This document shows, one piece after another, positions 12,152-22,494 of a DNA stretch of 64,000 nucleotides (the stretch's first letter is position 1; every line of letters starts with the position of its first letter). The translations under genes and the position numbers were made by a program. The notes beneath the pieces are model-generated. The model worked only from the letters and a program-made list of their open reading frames with translations. It did no database searches and was not told the origin of the DNA. The stretch is from Selaginella moellendorffii (Eukaryota > Plantae > Lycopodiophyta). Location of the stretch: the NCBI RefSeq assembly GCF_000143415.4, contig NW_003314408.1, forward strand, positions 110,934 to 174,933, given 5' to 3'.

Positions 12152-15100
12152 CTACGGGAAGCCGATCTCGTGCGCACCAAACTGCGATTGCTGGTGATGC
12201 TGCTGCTGATGGTGGTGATGGTATAAACCGATGGGATGATCTCTGCCAGGAATCCATCGCGCATCCAATCCAGCACCAGCACCACCGCCACCACCACCAG
12301 CGGCGGCGGCGATTTCTCCCGCGACGAGAAAGCCAGCATCGTTGGGAGGTGGAAAGCCGAGGAAGGCGCCAGGCGTCGCGAGAGGAGGAGGATGTCCGAA
12401 ACTCATTGGCGGAGCGCTGTGACCCGGTGGAAGATGCAAGCTGGCCAGCGGGGGGAGTGGCGGCTGCTGGTTGGAGCCATTTGGAGGGAAGAAGCTGTGA
12501 GGCCGCTGCTGCTGCTTGGAACTGTACAAGAGGTGGTGGTGAAGATCATGGTGGCCGAAAGCGGCGGCCGACGATGGTGGCGGAGCAAAGCCTCCTCCCT
12601 GGTGGAAGTGATGAGCGTGAAGCTGCTGCTGCTGCTGCTCAAACAGTGCCTGCTGCTGTTGTCGAGAGAATGATGGTCTCGCCGCTCGGGAGTATCCGGC
12701 ACTCGCTTCGCCGTTCGCTTGCTGCTTTGCCTGGATCGATGCTCTCGAGCCTTGCGACGCCAAGGCCTGCTGGAGCTGCTGGAGCTGCAGCGCGGACGAC
12801 TTCTGGTTGATCAGCGGAGGAGAGTGCGACCTGTAGAGGTTTGCTGGAGTAGTCACTGCTGGGCTTCCTCCTCCGTTGCTGGACGTGTCAAGCGGGTTCT
12901 CTGGCCGTTCGTTGGACGAGTTTTCCTGGGAGCCACTGTCCTTCGCCACCCCGAGGAAAGGATCGTTTGCCTTGCTGCTGCGCTGCTTCATGGCCTTCTT
13001 GAACTTGAGGAAATCGTTGAAGACGCCACTGTCAAGCTCCTCCGAAGGCTGTTTCCGGAGCTCCTGTCCCGGCGAAGTGTCGGCGATGACGTGCTGAGAG
13101 TTTCCGGAGCTCTTCTCCGGCACTTCTGGCTGCTTGTTCCAGGTTGGCCAGCTCGGGTGATGACTGTTGGTGTTCATGTACATCCCATCCAGTACCTCTG
13201 ACGCAGCGTTCGATTTTTCAGGAACTGTGGCAGCGTTCTTCGGCAAAAGATGATTGTTCGTCTCGCTCGCCACCTTTGCGGAAAGCGGCGCATCAGTCGA
13301 CCGGAGTTCCATCATAAACGACATGCCAAACAGTGCTTCTAGCGTTGCGGCACCAGACTCTTTTCCATCCCTGGCTTCACGCTGTCCATCACACGGTTTA
13401 GCTTCCACTGGAGGTGCCTTGTGTTCGTTGTCGGGCTTCAAGGATGCCTTTTGCAGTAGAGACAGTAAATGTCGCGAAGCATCCGTATCCGCTTCTTTCG
13501 CAACCGAATGTCCCCAGTTGTCGTTCAATTGCTCATTGTGCGTTTCAGTTTTTGCCTCGGCCAGTAGTGATTGCTCTATATCCTCACATGTAAGGAACGT
13601 GCTGGAGCTTCCATGGTGATCCGAACCCGCACCATTGTCGAAACCTTTCTCGATGTCCTCAAGTGACGGGCCGACTGGCATGGGTAGGATCAGCCCGTGC
13701 TGAACAACCTCAGACGATGGTTTCATCCCGGAGCTTTTAAGAGCAGGAGACCGTGGACTCTGGCCACCATCTTTTGATGTACTCCCAGCAGAACCAAACA
13801 AGGACAGGAATTCCATGGTAGAGTTATCATCTGCTCCAAACTCAATGAGAACATGCGAAAATGTGAAAGGAAAGAGTACCTTCAAAGCTGAACAGATGAG
13901 CAAACTTCGATGACGTCCTGGTTAGGCGCGCATCCACTTTCTCAGTCTGCACAGAAAATCAGACGCTGCATTGAATTTATAACTTGACTACCACCTGGGG
14001 GCTGGAGGAAGGAACTGTCACGGCACCAGTGCTGTTTGAGATTTTTCCATTGCCAGAATCATTAGTAAGCGCGAAGGATTCGGCTTCCGTTAACGAGATG
14101 GCAATTGCGAGTGGATCGACAGCACCAGATGATTGCTGAAGCGGTATAACGTCGCCACCGATAGCCTTTTCTTCTTTAGTCTGGATGCCTTAAGAGCATC
14201 AGAAACCAGATATAGGACTGAAGCTTTACCTCTTCGTTGTTCTGCTCCTTTCTGGCGCTCGTCTTTTTACTAAAGCCAGGAGGTACCAAAGGCCGCGATC
14301 CTTGTTTCGCATTCTGCTCTACTGGTAGTACTTTAGTATCGTCGTCACGTTTCTTTTCCTCCTGACGTTTCCTCTCCTGTTGTTGCTCCTTTCGCATCGA
14401 CTCGAACGACTCTGCAAGTTTAAGTTGAGACAAGAATGAGCGTAAATACGAAGGTCCAGCAAATTACCTCGTCTTTTGCGCTCTTCCTCTTCTCTATCCT
14501 CAGTAGAAATTTTCTCTCCGAAAGTTTCACCATCAATAGCGTCTAGATCATTCCGATATCCACCAGAAAACTGATCCAAGGCAATTCAGCTTGGAAAGAG
14601 AACACAAAATCGTCAAACATCTTACTTTGTTGGGACGCGTATCATTGGCATTGTTCCGAGACCCTCTGCCACCTCCAACGAAGCGGTCGGAACCTCCAGG
14701 ATAAGCCCCACGTAGACCGCCACCACTTCCAAGTAAACCATCGTGCTCAGAGGCAGCTCCATCCCAGTGTCGCCCACCCCTCTCCCTCTCCCGATCAATA
14801 GAGCTACGATGATCCCACCTAGTCTGACCCGGTCCTTGTCGACTAGCACTAGTACGAAACGGACTTGAAAAAGAAGATCCTTCCTCGTCATAAGCTTTCC
14901 TCCTAGCCGGACCCTGAGAAAGAAGCCCCCCTCCATTCCCAGAGTTCCTATTTCGCCACTCAGGAACATCGTGACCAAAGTCACGATCTCGACGGTGTAA
15001 GAACTTGGTTCCAGGAGAAACCCCACTGTCCACTAAGTCGGGTGAGGGGGAGTCTCTGCAGACACCTTCCACAAACTTTAGCCCAGATGCTTGACAACAG

Positions 15101-15211
15101 CAGTAAGACACATACTAACCTTCTCACTGCTGGATCGAGATCATTCGGTGGTCGCCGGCAATTCTCACTGTCCGCAAAGGACAGAAGAAACTCCCTAGTG
15201 TAGCGTTTCAT
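12152..15211 (-). CDS. CBE1: CBE1-like eIF4E-binding protein (multi-exon)
   Basis: N-terminal canonical 4E-binding motif YTREFLL (YxxxxL-phi). Blocks DGETFG...EDREEEERKRR|ESFESMRKEQ, RPLVPPGF, LTCEDIEQSLL and TLEALFGMSFMMELRS match the recalled At4g01290/CBE1 family. Q/H/P-rich C-terminus. Confidence 0.8.
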
Positions 15212-15861
15212 CCTTCTAGCTAAATGCTAGTCAACTATAAACGCAATTTCTTGGTGTTGATAAAGTGCGTATGACACCCTTCCACATAAAACGCAGGCGC
15301 ATGCACTTGGTGGTACTTACAAAGACCGAAAAACAAAAAACAAAGAAGAGAACACACACACGGGCTATACAAAAGAGCAAGCAGAAAAAAAGAAGAGAAA
15401 AAAAAAAAAAACGCGCAGAGGCAGTGAAGAAAAGGGACAGTGACTTAGATCGGGATGCTCTAAAACAGATCCATCACAATTCGAGCGGCGGCAGCACACA
15501 GGCTATATGTACAAAATTTCTTCCTTTACACGCGACCGACTCATTTCGCCCGCTGCATTCACCGCTCTCGGGAAAGAAACCTAAACCCTATCGGAGAAAT
15601 CTGACCTGGGGCGATCGCAGCGAGCGCTGGCAAGCGGGCATCCTCGCAGCGCAAGCTGCTCCAAAACGATCGGAGCGATTCTCGCTCCCTCCTCCATTTC
15701 CCCCTCCTAAAAACTCACTCCCCACTAGCTTGCCCTAAATATCAAAACCATGTGGAAACAACAATGTAGGCGTATTCCATCCGTGCAGGAATATGCTTGG
15801 AATTTCTTAGAAACGATTTGAAATTTAGGGCGGGTTTTAAAGAGGGGGTTTTATTTTGGCG

Positions 15862-16997
15862 ATGGCGTCGTGGTGCTGTGGAGCGGTCTCCAATCTCGGT
15901 AGCGGCGGCTATGGCGTGGCGTCTCACAATACGAGGATCCGGGGCGGCTCTTTGCGGTGCGCTGCCGCCGGTCGCGATGACGATGGAGGGAAGTCAGGTA
16001 TGCGTGATCGCTCGGTTGGAAATATCGTAAATCCTGTGTGGTTCTTGATCAAGAATCCAAGCCCTGGCAATCTCGAGCGGCCGCATTCACGCTCGCGGCG
16101 ACAGTTCTTGCGACGGGTATGAATGCCGGGGCGGAGCTGAATAAATTCGAGGCCGAATCTCGAGGGGAGTTTGGCATAGGATCAGCAGCGCAATTTGGCT
16201 CGGCAGATTTAAGGTAAATGTTAGTGAAATATTTTCTCTTCGATGCTTATCTTCGTTTCATATCTTAGGCAGACAAGCCACGCAAACGAGAATTTCAGGT
16301 AAGAACTTAATACCATCGCTAGATTCTATGGAACTTTGGATGAGCAGGAGAGCAAATTTTACATCGGCTGATATGAGAGAAGCGGACTTCAGTGGGAGCA
16401 CATTCAACGGTGGCTATCTCGAGAAGGCTGTTGCATATCGCACGAATTTTAGCGGTACACTCAATGGAAAGAGTTTGTAGATCGCTCTGTGAGCATGAAC
16501 TGTTCCTTTGCCAGGTGCGGATTTGAGCGACACTCTTATGGACCGGATGGTAATTGAGCGACACTAGATTTTCACTCACGAGTTCTGACATTTCATTTCT
16601 TTTTTACCAGGTGCTCAACGAAGCAGACTTGACCAATGCACTCCTCGTCAGAGCCGTTCTTACCCGCAGTGATCTTGGTGGTGCCAAAATCGAGGGTGCC
16701 GACTTCAGTGATGCTGTCCTAGATCTTGCACAAAAACAAGTGAGTTATCCTTTTTGTTGTTATCGTTGTTTCATGTTTCTTTGTGTTCTCGAGTTCTGCC
16801 AGGCTTTGTGTAAATACGCGAACGGAGTGAATCCGGTCACCGGCATGGACACGCGAAAAAGCCTTGGCTGCGGGAACGCTCGGCGAAATGCCTACGGTAC
16901 ACCGTCCGCTCCAATCTTGAGTGCCCCACCCGAGAGGCTTCTCGACAAGGATGGATTCTGTGACGACGCGACTGGCAAGTGTGCAAGAACACCTTAA
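15862..16997 (+). CDS. TL20.3: Thylakoid lumenal pentapeptide-repeat protein TL20.3-like (multi-exon)
   Basis: Bipartite transit peptide ending AGA|ELNKFEAESRGEFGIGSAAQFGSADLR. Pentapeptide repeats ANFTSADMREADFSGSTFNG, ADLSDTLMDRM and ADLTNALLVRAVLTRSDLGGAKIEGADFSDA. C-terminal LGCGN...GFCDDATGKC. Confidence 0.92.
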
Positions 16998-17038
16998 ACG
17001 CTTGGGTAAGTTTTTCTTTTGGGTATAGGGTTTAAGTC

Positions 17039-19534
17039 ATGTTTGTGAGACGACAGTGCGGCGTCTTTCACAGGCAATGGAGATGTATGCATAGCTGCAA
17101 TGCCGGTGCCGGGGCGCTATCGGATACACGTGAAGGGCATAATTCAGGGATTGTGGGTGAGTCGTTTGCCAAGGTAACGAGTTTTCTCAATACAAAAGAG
17201 CTAGCTTTGGATTTCTTCTCGTGGGCTGCTCTTCGGCAGCCACAATGTCTTGAGGATGAGAGGTTTTGGTGTCTTCCAGATCTAAGGATGCTTCTGGAAG
17301 AAAGCTATGGCCGAAAAAGTGAACCGCACTGCTTTGCAAGCTTGCAAAATGGTTTCGAGCTCCGCATTGCCGTTTGGGAAGGCGATGCGTCAACGGCTTT
17401 CAGGGTCCTCAGAGGTGAAGCGTCTGCAATGCTGAAAAGAATGTCTATTCAGCTAGACAAGCCAGCAGTAACATCCTTTACGACTATCACGGAAAACATT
17501 TGCAAGGCAGGCAAGTTTCACAAAGGCTATTGGCTGCTTAATCATCTGCTATGTTCCGGGAAGCAGGATATGGGAATTTCTATCGTGAAGTGCCTTCTCA
17601 CTATTTTCCGGCTAGTGAAAGCGCTTGAGCAGTTCAGTCTTATGATCGATACAGGGTGCACTTTTGACAGAGAAGCATCTCGTCTCGTCATCAACAAGAT
17701 GTGCAAGGCCAACAAGGTGGATGATGCGATGAAAGTTTTGAAAGTGGCGAACAAGCTGCATGGTCCAGACATGGTTTCGTTCAACACAGTAGTTCGGGGA
17801 CTGGCTGCATCGGACAGGATACAGGAAGCTATGGACTTTTTCGGGAGGGAAGGCATAACTCCAAGCTCCAGCACTTACAACATTATCATCGAAGTTTTTC
17901 TTGAGCAGAACAGACTCAATGAAGCGTTTGATATCTACCAGGAAGCTGTTGATAACGGGCAAGTTCGGAGCATCGGTTCGGCCTTGGCAATGTTGTTTCA
18001 AGGGCTCGTCTGGGGTCACAGGTTCAGGGAAGCGCTGGAACTTTTGGAAACATACGTTGACATCGGTGGTGTTCCTACAGCAGCAATGAACGCCGATATA
18101 GTATTGTGTCTCTGCCACGTTGGGAAGCTGGACGAAGCACTGGAGCTTTTCCACAGTCTGGTATCAGATGGTTGCGGCTTACCGGCAGATTTGCTCGTCC
18201 GCGAGCTGTCCAAAGCGGGACGAGCTGAGGAGTGCTTAAAGGTGGTGAAGCTGATGCTTGACAGGCAGCAGCTGCGGGAGCGCCACCTTGTCAACATTAC
18301 GATCGACAGCCTTTGCAAGTCAGACATGATCGACAAGGCCGAATCGTGGTTCCAGGAGCTTAAGGATTTTCGTGGCCTTGTCAATACCGTCAGCTATAAC
18401 ATCTTGATCAACGCGTTTTGCAAGACGAAACGCATAGACGAGGCCATCCAGCTCTTCGGAGAAATGAAGGCACCGGGCTGTGCTCCTTCTACTTCCACCT
18501 ATAACACACTGATTGGAGGCTTGTGTCGAGTGGAAAGGCTCGGAGAAGCTCAGCAGTTCTACGAGCGTCTTCTTTCCTCTGGTGCTGGAGCCAGTTTCAT
18601 CACGTACAACATTTTGGTCGACGGCTTCTGCAAAGCAGACCGAGTTCCTGAAGCTGTGGAGCTGCTGAACGAGCTCGTGGCACGAGGTGGTGTGGTGACG
18701 AGTGCTCCTTACAACTGCATCATCGACACTCTTTTCAAGAAGGGGAAAACTCAGGAGGCCGAGCTTTTCTTCAACAGGATGGAGAAAGATGGAGTCCGAC
18801 CTCAGGAGGTTACGTTCACAGTTCTTATTGATGGCCTGTGCAAGGCGAACCGGGTTGCTCGAGCAAAAGAGATCTTCTTCAGCTACCTTGAAAGCGGAGG
18901 CAGTCCCTCGGTCGTTATTTGCAGCTGCCTCATGGACGGGTTTTGCAAGTACGGAGGCGTGGACGAGGCCTGGAGGATTTTCGAGCTCATGACCAACAGA
19001 GGCTGCACTCCCAACGATGTTAGCTGCAATATCCTCATCAACGGGCTTTGCAAGGCCAAGAGGCTCTCTCAAGCCCGAGAAGTTTTCGAGGAGGTGGTGA
19101 AGAGGCAGGCAAAGCCGGACGTGGTTACTTACAGCACCTTCATGGACGGGCTTTGCAGAGCACACAGAGTCGATCAAGCCAGACAAGTTCTCTGCATGCT
19201 CGTTGACAAAGGCGGCACGCCGGACGTGGTGATGTACACGGCTTTGATCTCGGGGCTGTGCTCTCTCGGCAGGCTGGACGAGGCCCGCAAAGTTTTCGAG
19301 GTGGACATGAGAGCTGCTGGATGCGCTCCCAATAACTTCACGTGCAACGTTCTTGTCAACGGGTTTGGACTTGCCGGGAGACTTGACGAAGCTCGTGAGC
19401 TTTTCCAGAGGTTTGTCGAGAGGGGTGTCCAACCCGACTGTCGCACCTTCTCGGCCATGGCAAACAACACGGCGAAAACCGAAGGCTGGGATATTTACTC
19501 GTGGAACGAATGGATAACTGGAAAGTGGGATTGA
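17039..19534 (+). CDS. P-class pentatricopeptide repeat protein, intronless, probably organelle-targeted
   Basis: 831-aa ORF with successive 35-aa motifs (SYNILINAFCKTKRIDEAIQLFGEMKAPGCAPS, TYNTLIGGLCR, TFTVLIDGLCKAN). Arg-rich N-terminus. Confidence 0.93.
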   Translation: MFVRRQCGVFHRQWRCMHSCNAGAGALSDTREGHNSGIVGESFAKVTSFLNTKELALDFFSWAALRQPQCLEDERFWCLPDLRMLLEESYGRKSEPHCFASLQNGFELRIAVWEGDASTAFRVLRGEASAMLKRMSIQLDKPAVTSFTTITENICKAGKFHKGYWLLNHLLCSGKQDMGISIVKCLLTIFRLVKALEQFSLMIDTGCTFDREASRLVINKMCKANKVDDAMKVLKVANKLHGPDMVSFNTVVRGLAASDRIQEAMDFFGREGITPSSSTYNIIIEVFLEQNRLNEAFDIYQEAVDNGQVRSIGSALAMLFQGLVWGHRFREALELLETYVDIGGVPTAAMNADIVLCLCHVGKLDEALELFHSLVSDGCGLPADLLVRELSKAGRAEECLKVVKLMLDRQQLRERHLVNITIDSLCKSDMIDKAESWFQELKDFRGLVNTVSYNILINAFCKTKRIDEAIQLFGEMKAPGCAPSTSTYNTLIGGLCRVERLGEAQQFYERLLSSGAGASFITYNILVDGFCKADRVPEAVELLNELVARGGVVTSAPYNCIIDTLFKKGKTQEAELFFNRMEKDGVRPQEVTFTVLIDGLCKANRVARAKEIFFSYLESGGSPSVVICSCLMDGFCKYGGVDEAWRIFELMTNRGCTPNDVSCNILINGLCKAKRLSQAREVFEEVVKRQAKPDVVTYSTFMDGLCRAHRVDQARQVLCMLVDKGGTPDVVMYTALISGLCSLGRLDEARKVFEVDMRAAGCAPNNFTCNVLVNGFGLAGRLDEARELFQRFVERGVQPDCRTFSAMANNTAKTEGWDIYSWNEWITGKWD

Positions 19535-19596
19535 GAGCTTGCAGGTAAGCCGAATGCTTGCTTACGTGGTGCTCGCTTAGGTCGGGATAAAGAGAT

Positions 19597-20809
19597 ATGG
19601 CGCTGATGCTTTACGCTTCTACTTCTTCCGCCTTCAAGAATCTCTCGCAACAGGACAATTGTGCTGTAAGTCTCTATATCACTTTGCTTGTGATTCAGTT
19701 TCTCACTGCCCCATTTCTTTTGTTCCCTTCAGAAACAAGCGGACGTTGCGAGCCGGACGAAGATGTGCCTTCAAATGCTCCCAGAAGGTCAGCTCCCAAA
19801 GCTAAGTTTTCCTTCTTAACTTTGAGCAATCAGTTTACAGAGAAGACTTGTGTAAGGCATCGCCGGGAATTTATAGCCGGATTTTTTGTGCCTATGCTAC
19901 TGGGAGTTGGAGCTGCTGACGCAGAATTTGCAGATAGTACGAGTTTTCATTCTTTGCTTTCATTTTCTAACGCTGCTCTTTATGGTTTTCCAGTGCCCGC
20001 TCTAAGAGGAAAGGACTACGGGAAGACGAAGATGCGCTATCCGGATTTCAAAGAAACTTCATCCGGTCTGCAGTTTAAGGTAGTGCAGAAGAATTTTTTG
20101 CATGAAGTCGCTCTCGACGACGATTTCTTTCAGGATCTAAAGATGGGAACAGGTCCCATTCCAAAGCCTGGTGAAACTGTAGTGGTAAGCGATCTTCTAT
20201 CTGAAACCTTCAACTGGACTTGTAAAGCTCTCAATGAACTTTCTCAGGTGGACTGGGCTGGCTACACGATTGGTTACTACGGTCGCATTTTCGAAGCACG
20301 GAACAAAGCCAAGGGAGGATCTTTTGAGGTACATAGTTTTTGATATGATCCGTGGACAACGTTTACTGGTTTTCCAGGGAAACGAGAAAGAGCTCTTTCG
20401 ATTCAAAGTCGGAAGGAGCGAGGTACTAAATCTCTAGCCTTGAAAACCAGAGTTCCATGACTCGTTCCAAACTTCTAGGTAATCCCCGCGTTTGAAGAGG
20501 CTGTAGCATCCATGTCCGTGGGTGGAGTGAGAAGGTACCTTGATCTTACTTGCGAGCTTGTTTGACGAGATTTTTCGATCAACAGGATAATCGTCCCACC
20601 GGAGCTGGGGTATCCCGAGAACGATTACAACAAGAAGGAACCCAAGCCAACCACATTCTCTGTAAGCTCAACTACTTCGATTGATACAGTAATCAATGCT
20701 TCAATCTCTCCAGGGACAAAGGGCGCTGGATTTCGTGCTCAAGAACCAGGGACTCATAGACAAGACACTTTTGTTTGATATCGAGCTCTTAAAATTCGTT
20801 CCTTCTTAG
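19597..20809 (+). CDS. FKBP19: Chloroplast FKBP-type peptidyl-prolyl isomerase FKBP19-like (multi-exon)
   Basis: Spliced exons give PALRGKDYGKTKMRYPDF...VDWAGYTIGYYGRIFEARNKAKGGSFEG...VIPAFEEAVASMSVGGVRRIIVPPELGYPENDYNK...GQRALDFVLKNQGLIDKTLLFDIELLKFVPS* (TAG 20807-20809). Confidence 0.92.
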
Positions 20810-21042
20810 TACATCTTCTTCCCTTGTGCGCGGCACTGCCCGTTTACCGCCACTATACCTCATGGGATCGAAAAGTCTTGTGCATCGTACCGCGCGGCAC
20901 TGCCCGAGCTCACCGCGCGCATGTAAAAGAGAGGCATATTCTATGGCATCCGCAGGCCGGCAGCCCGCCCAAATTTAATTCAAATTCTGTCGAGGTTTTG
21001 TTTCGACGGCCCTCAACAAAGCTCTCGAGCGAGCTTGCGGCG

Positions 21043-21526
21043 ATGGCGGCGATGGCGGATCAAGAACTGGCGCTCTTCCTCAGCGGCAATGCCGGCATTC
21101 GCAGGGATCCGCCTCCACAGCTGCCCGGTCGCAGGGAAAATTGCGAGAATCTGCTCCGTCTTGCCGCGGTTGCATGCGCTCTGAATTCGCCGAGCCTGGC
21201 CGCCGCGATCCACCTCCACAAGAAGCGGCAGCGCGCTCCCAGGGCGAGGGATGCTACTCGCATCCAGCGGACGGCCGCCGTGGTTCTTGGGGTTCTATCG
21301 GACAGCGAGGACTTGCTCCCCACCGAGAAGATCATCCGGGAGCTTCTCGGCAATAATCCCGACACCAGCAAGGCGCTTCGGCTGTAAATCATTCTCCCCT
21401 CTCTTCTATCAATCTTCTTCCGTTCTTGATGGATCTCCTCGTCTTTCCAGGCTGCTGAAGCAAAAAAAGATCCAGCGTGTCGGGAGCGGCGGAAGAACAT
21501 GCCCATTCCGATATTACAGCATCTAG
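21043..21526 (+). CDS. Small plant protein with C-terminal putative helix-turn-helix-like motif (2 exons)
   Basis: IRELLGNNPDTSKALR|LLLKQKKIQRVGSGGRTCPFRYYSI* after splicing a GT-AG intron at about 21384-21450. It resembles a recalled conserved plant motif (LGDSPDTSKALRMLL...RSGTGGR.DPYIY). Confidence 0.7.
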
Positions 21527-21932
21527 ATCGGATCGATCGAGAGGTGGAGAGAGGTATTTTGTGATCGAGAGCGTCGATTTCTTGGATCACGGCATCACTG
21601 GTACTGTTATCTGAGGTAGAACTCCTGGATCGCTCTCAAATCTAGGGAAATTTTCACAGCATTGCTATGCAGGAATTGAGCGCTTCTTGGTCTTCGCAAA
21701 AAGGAATCCCCAATCGCGGCATCCAGGCGACGAGGACGATCAACACATCGTTGGCCATTCTCTCTCTCCATGAATCTCAAAATCATCCATCACTTCTTTC
21801 CAGAAAGCATCGGCTCTCTCCTTTACCCCCAAATCATCACATGGCAAGATGCCCGGTCTGGGAATCTCCTGTTCTTCCTATCGATCGATCGATTCCAGGC
21901 ATCCACGGGCAAATCTCCAGCGGCACTCGCGA

Positions 21933-22322
21933 TCATAGCACAGCGACGCCATTCTCCTTGACAGTGTTCAGCACGATCTCAAGCTTCTCTTGCAGCCTCT
22001 CGTTCTTCCTGGGCACATACGTCACAGCGTACACATCCGCCTCCATTGCCCTCTCCGCGATGAGCTTGCCGATCACCTCGCAGGCGCTGGCGCTGGTGAG
22101 CGATGGCAGCGAAGCTCTCAGATCCTTGGCGTTGGTCGTCGCCACGGCCACCGTCTTGCTCGTCACGCGGTGGACGATCTTGGCGTTCACGTAGCGCGAG
22201 GAGATGTAGACATCGATCGAGAAGGGCCTCATGTACTTCTCCGTTGCGCGCTTCCAGGATTTGCGATTCTTGCCGGGCTCGCCGGATGATTTGCCCGTCC
22301 ATCCCCCGGCTTGGATGATCAT
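21933..22322 (-). CDS. Organellar (bacterial-type) ribosomal protein uL18 family
   Basis: YMRPFSIDVYISSRYVNAKIVHRVTSKTVAVATTNAKDLRASLPSLT...ACEVIGKLIAERAMEADVYAVTY. Confidence 0.9.
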   Translation of the reverse strand: MIIQAGGWTGKSSGEPGKNRKSWKRATEKYMRPFSIDVYISSRYVNAKIVHRVTSKTVAVATTNAKDLRASLPSLTSASACEVIGKLIAERAMEADVYAVTYVPRKNERLQEKLEIVLNTVKENGVAVL

Positions 22323-22494
22323 CGACGATCGCTGGAAATCCAGAGAAATCTCGATTCAGGCAAGATATTTCATCGATCTCTCACCTTGTGCTTGGTTCTT
22401 GGCAGGAATAGCTCCTGGTAGAGAGGATTCGAGGGAAATGCTTGAGACAACAGCATTGCTCCTCAGAGTTTAGGGCTCTACCTAAAAGCCCGCC

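Noticed and set aside
18320-19432. Long antisense ORFs over the PPR, UGT and PLP-like genes (also 49867-50700, 50827-51672, 10018-10680, 8484-9152)
   Set aside because: Shadow ORFs of GC-rich coding sequence with no recognisable motifs.
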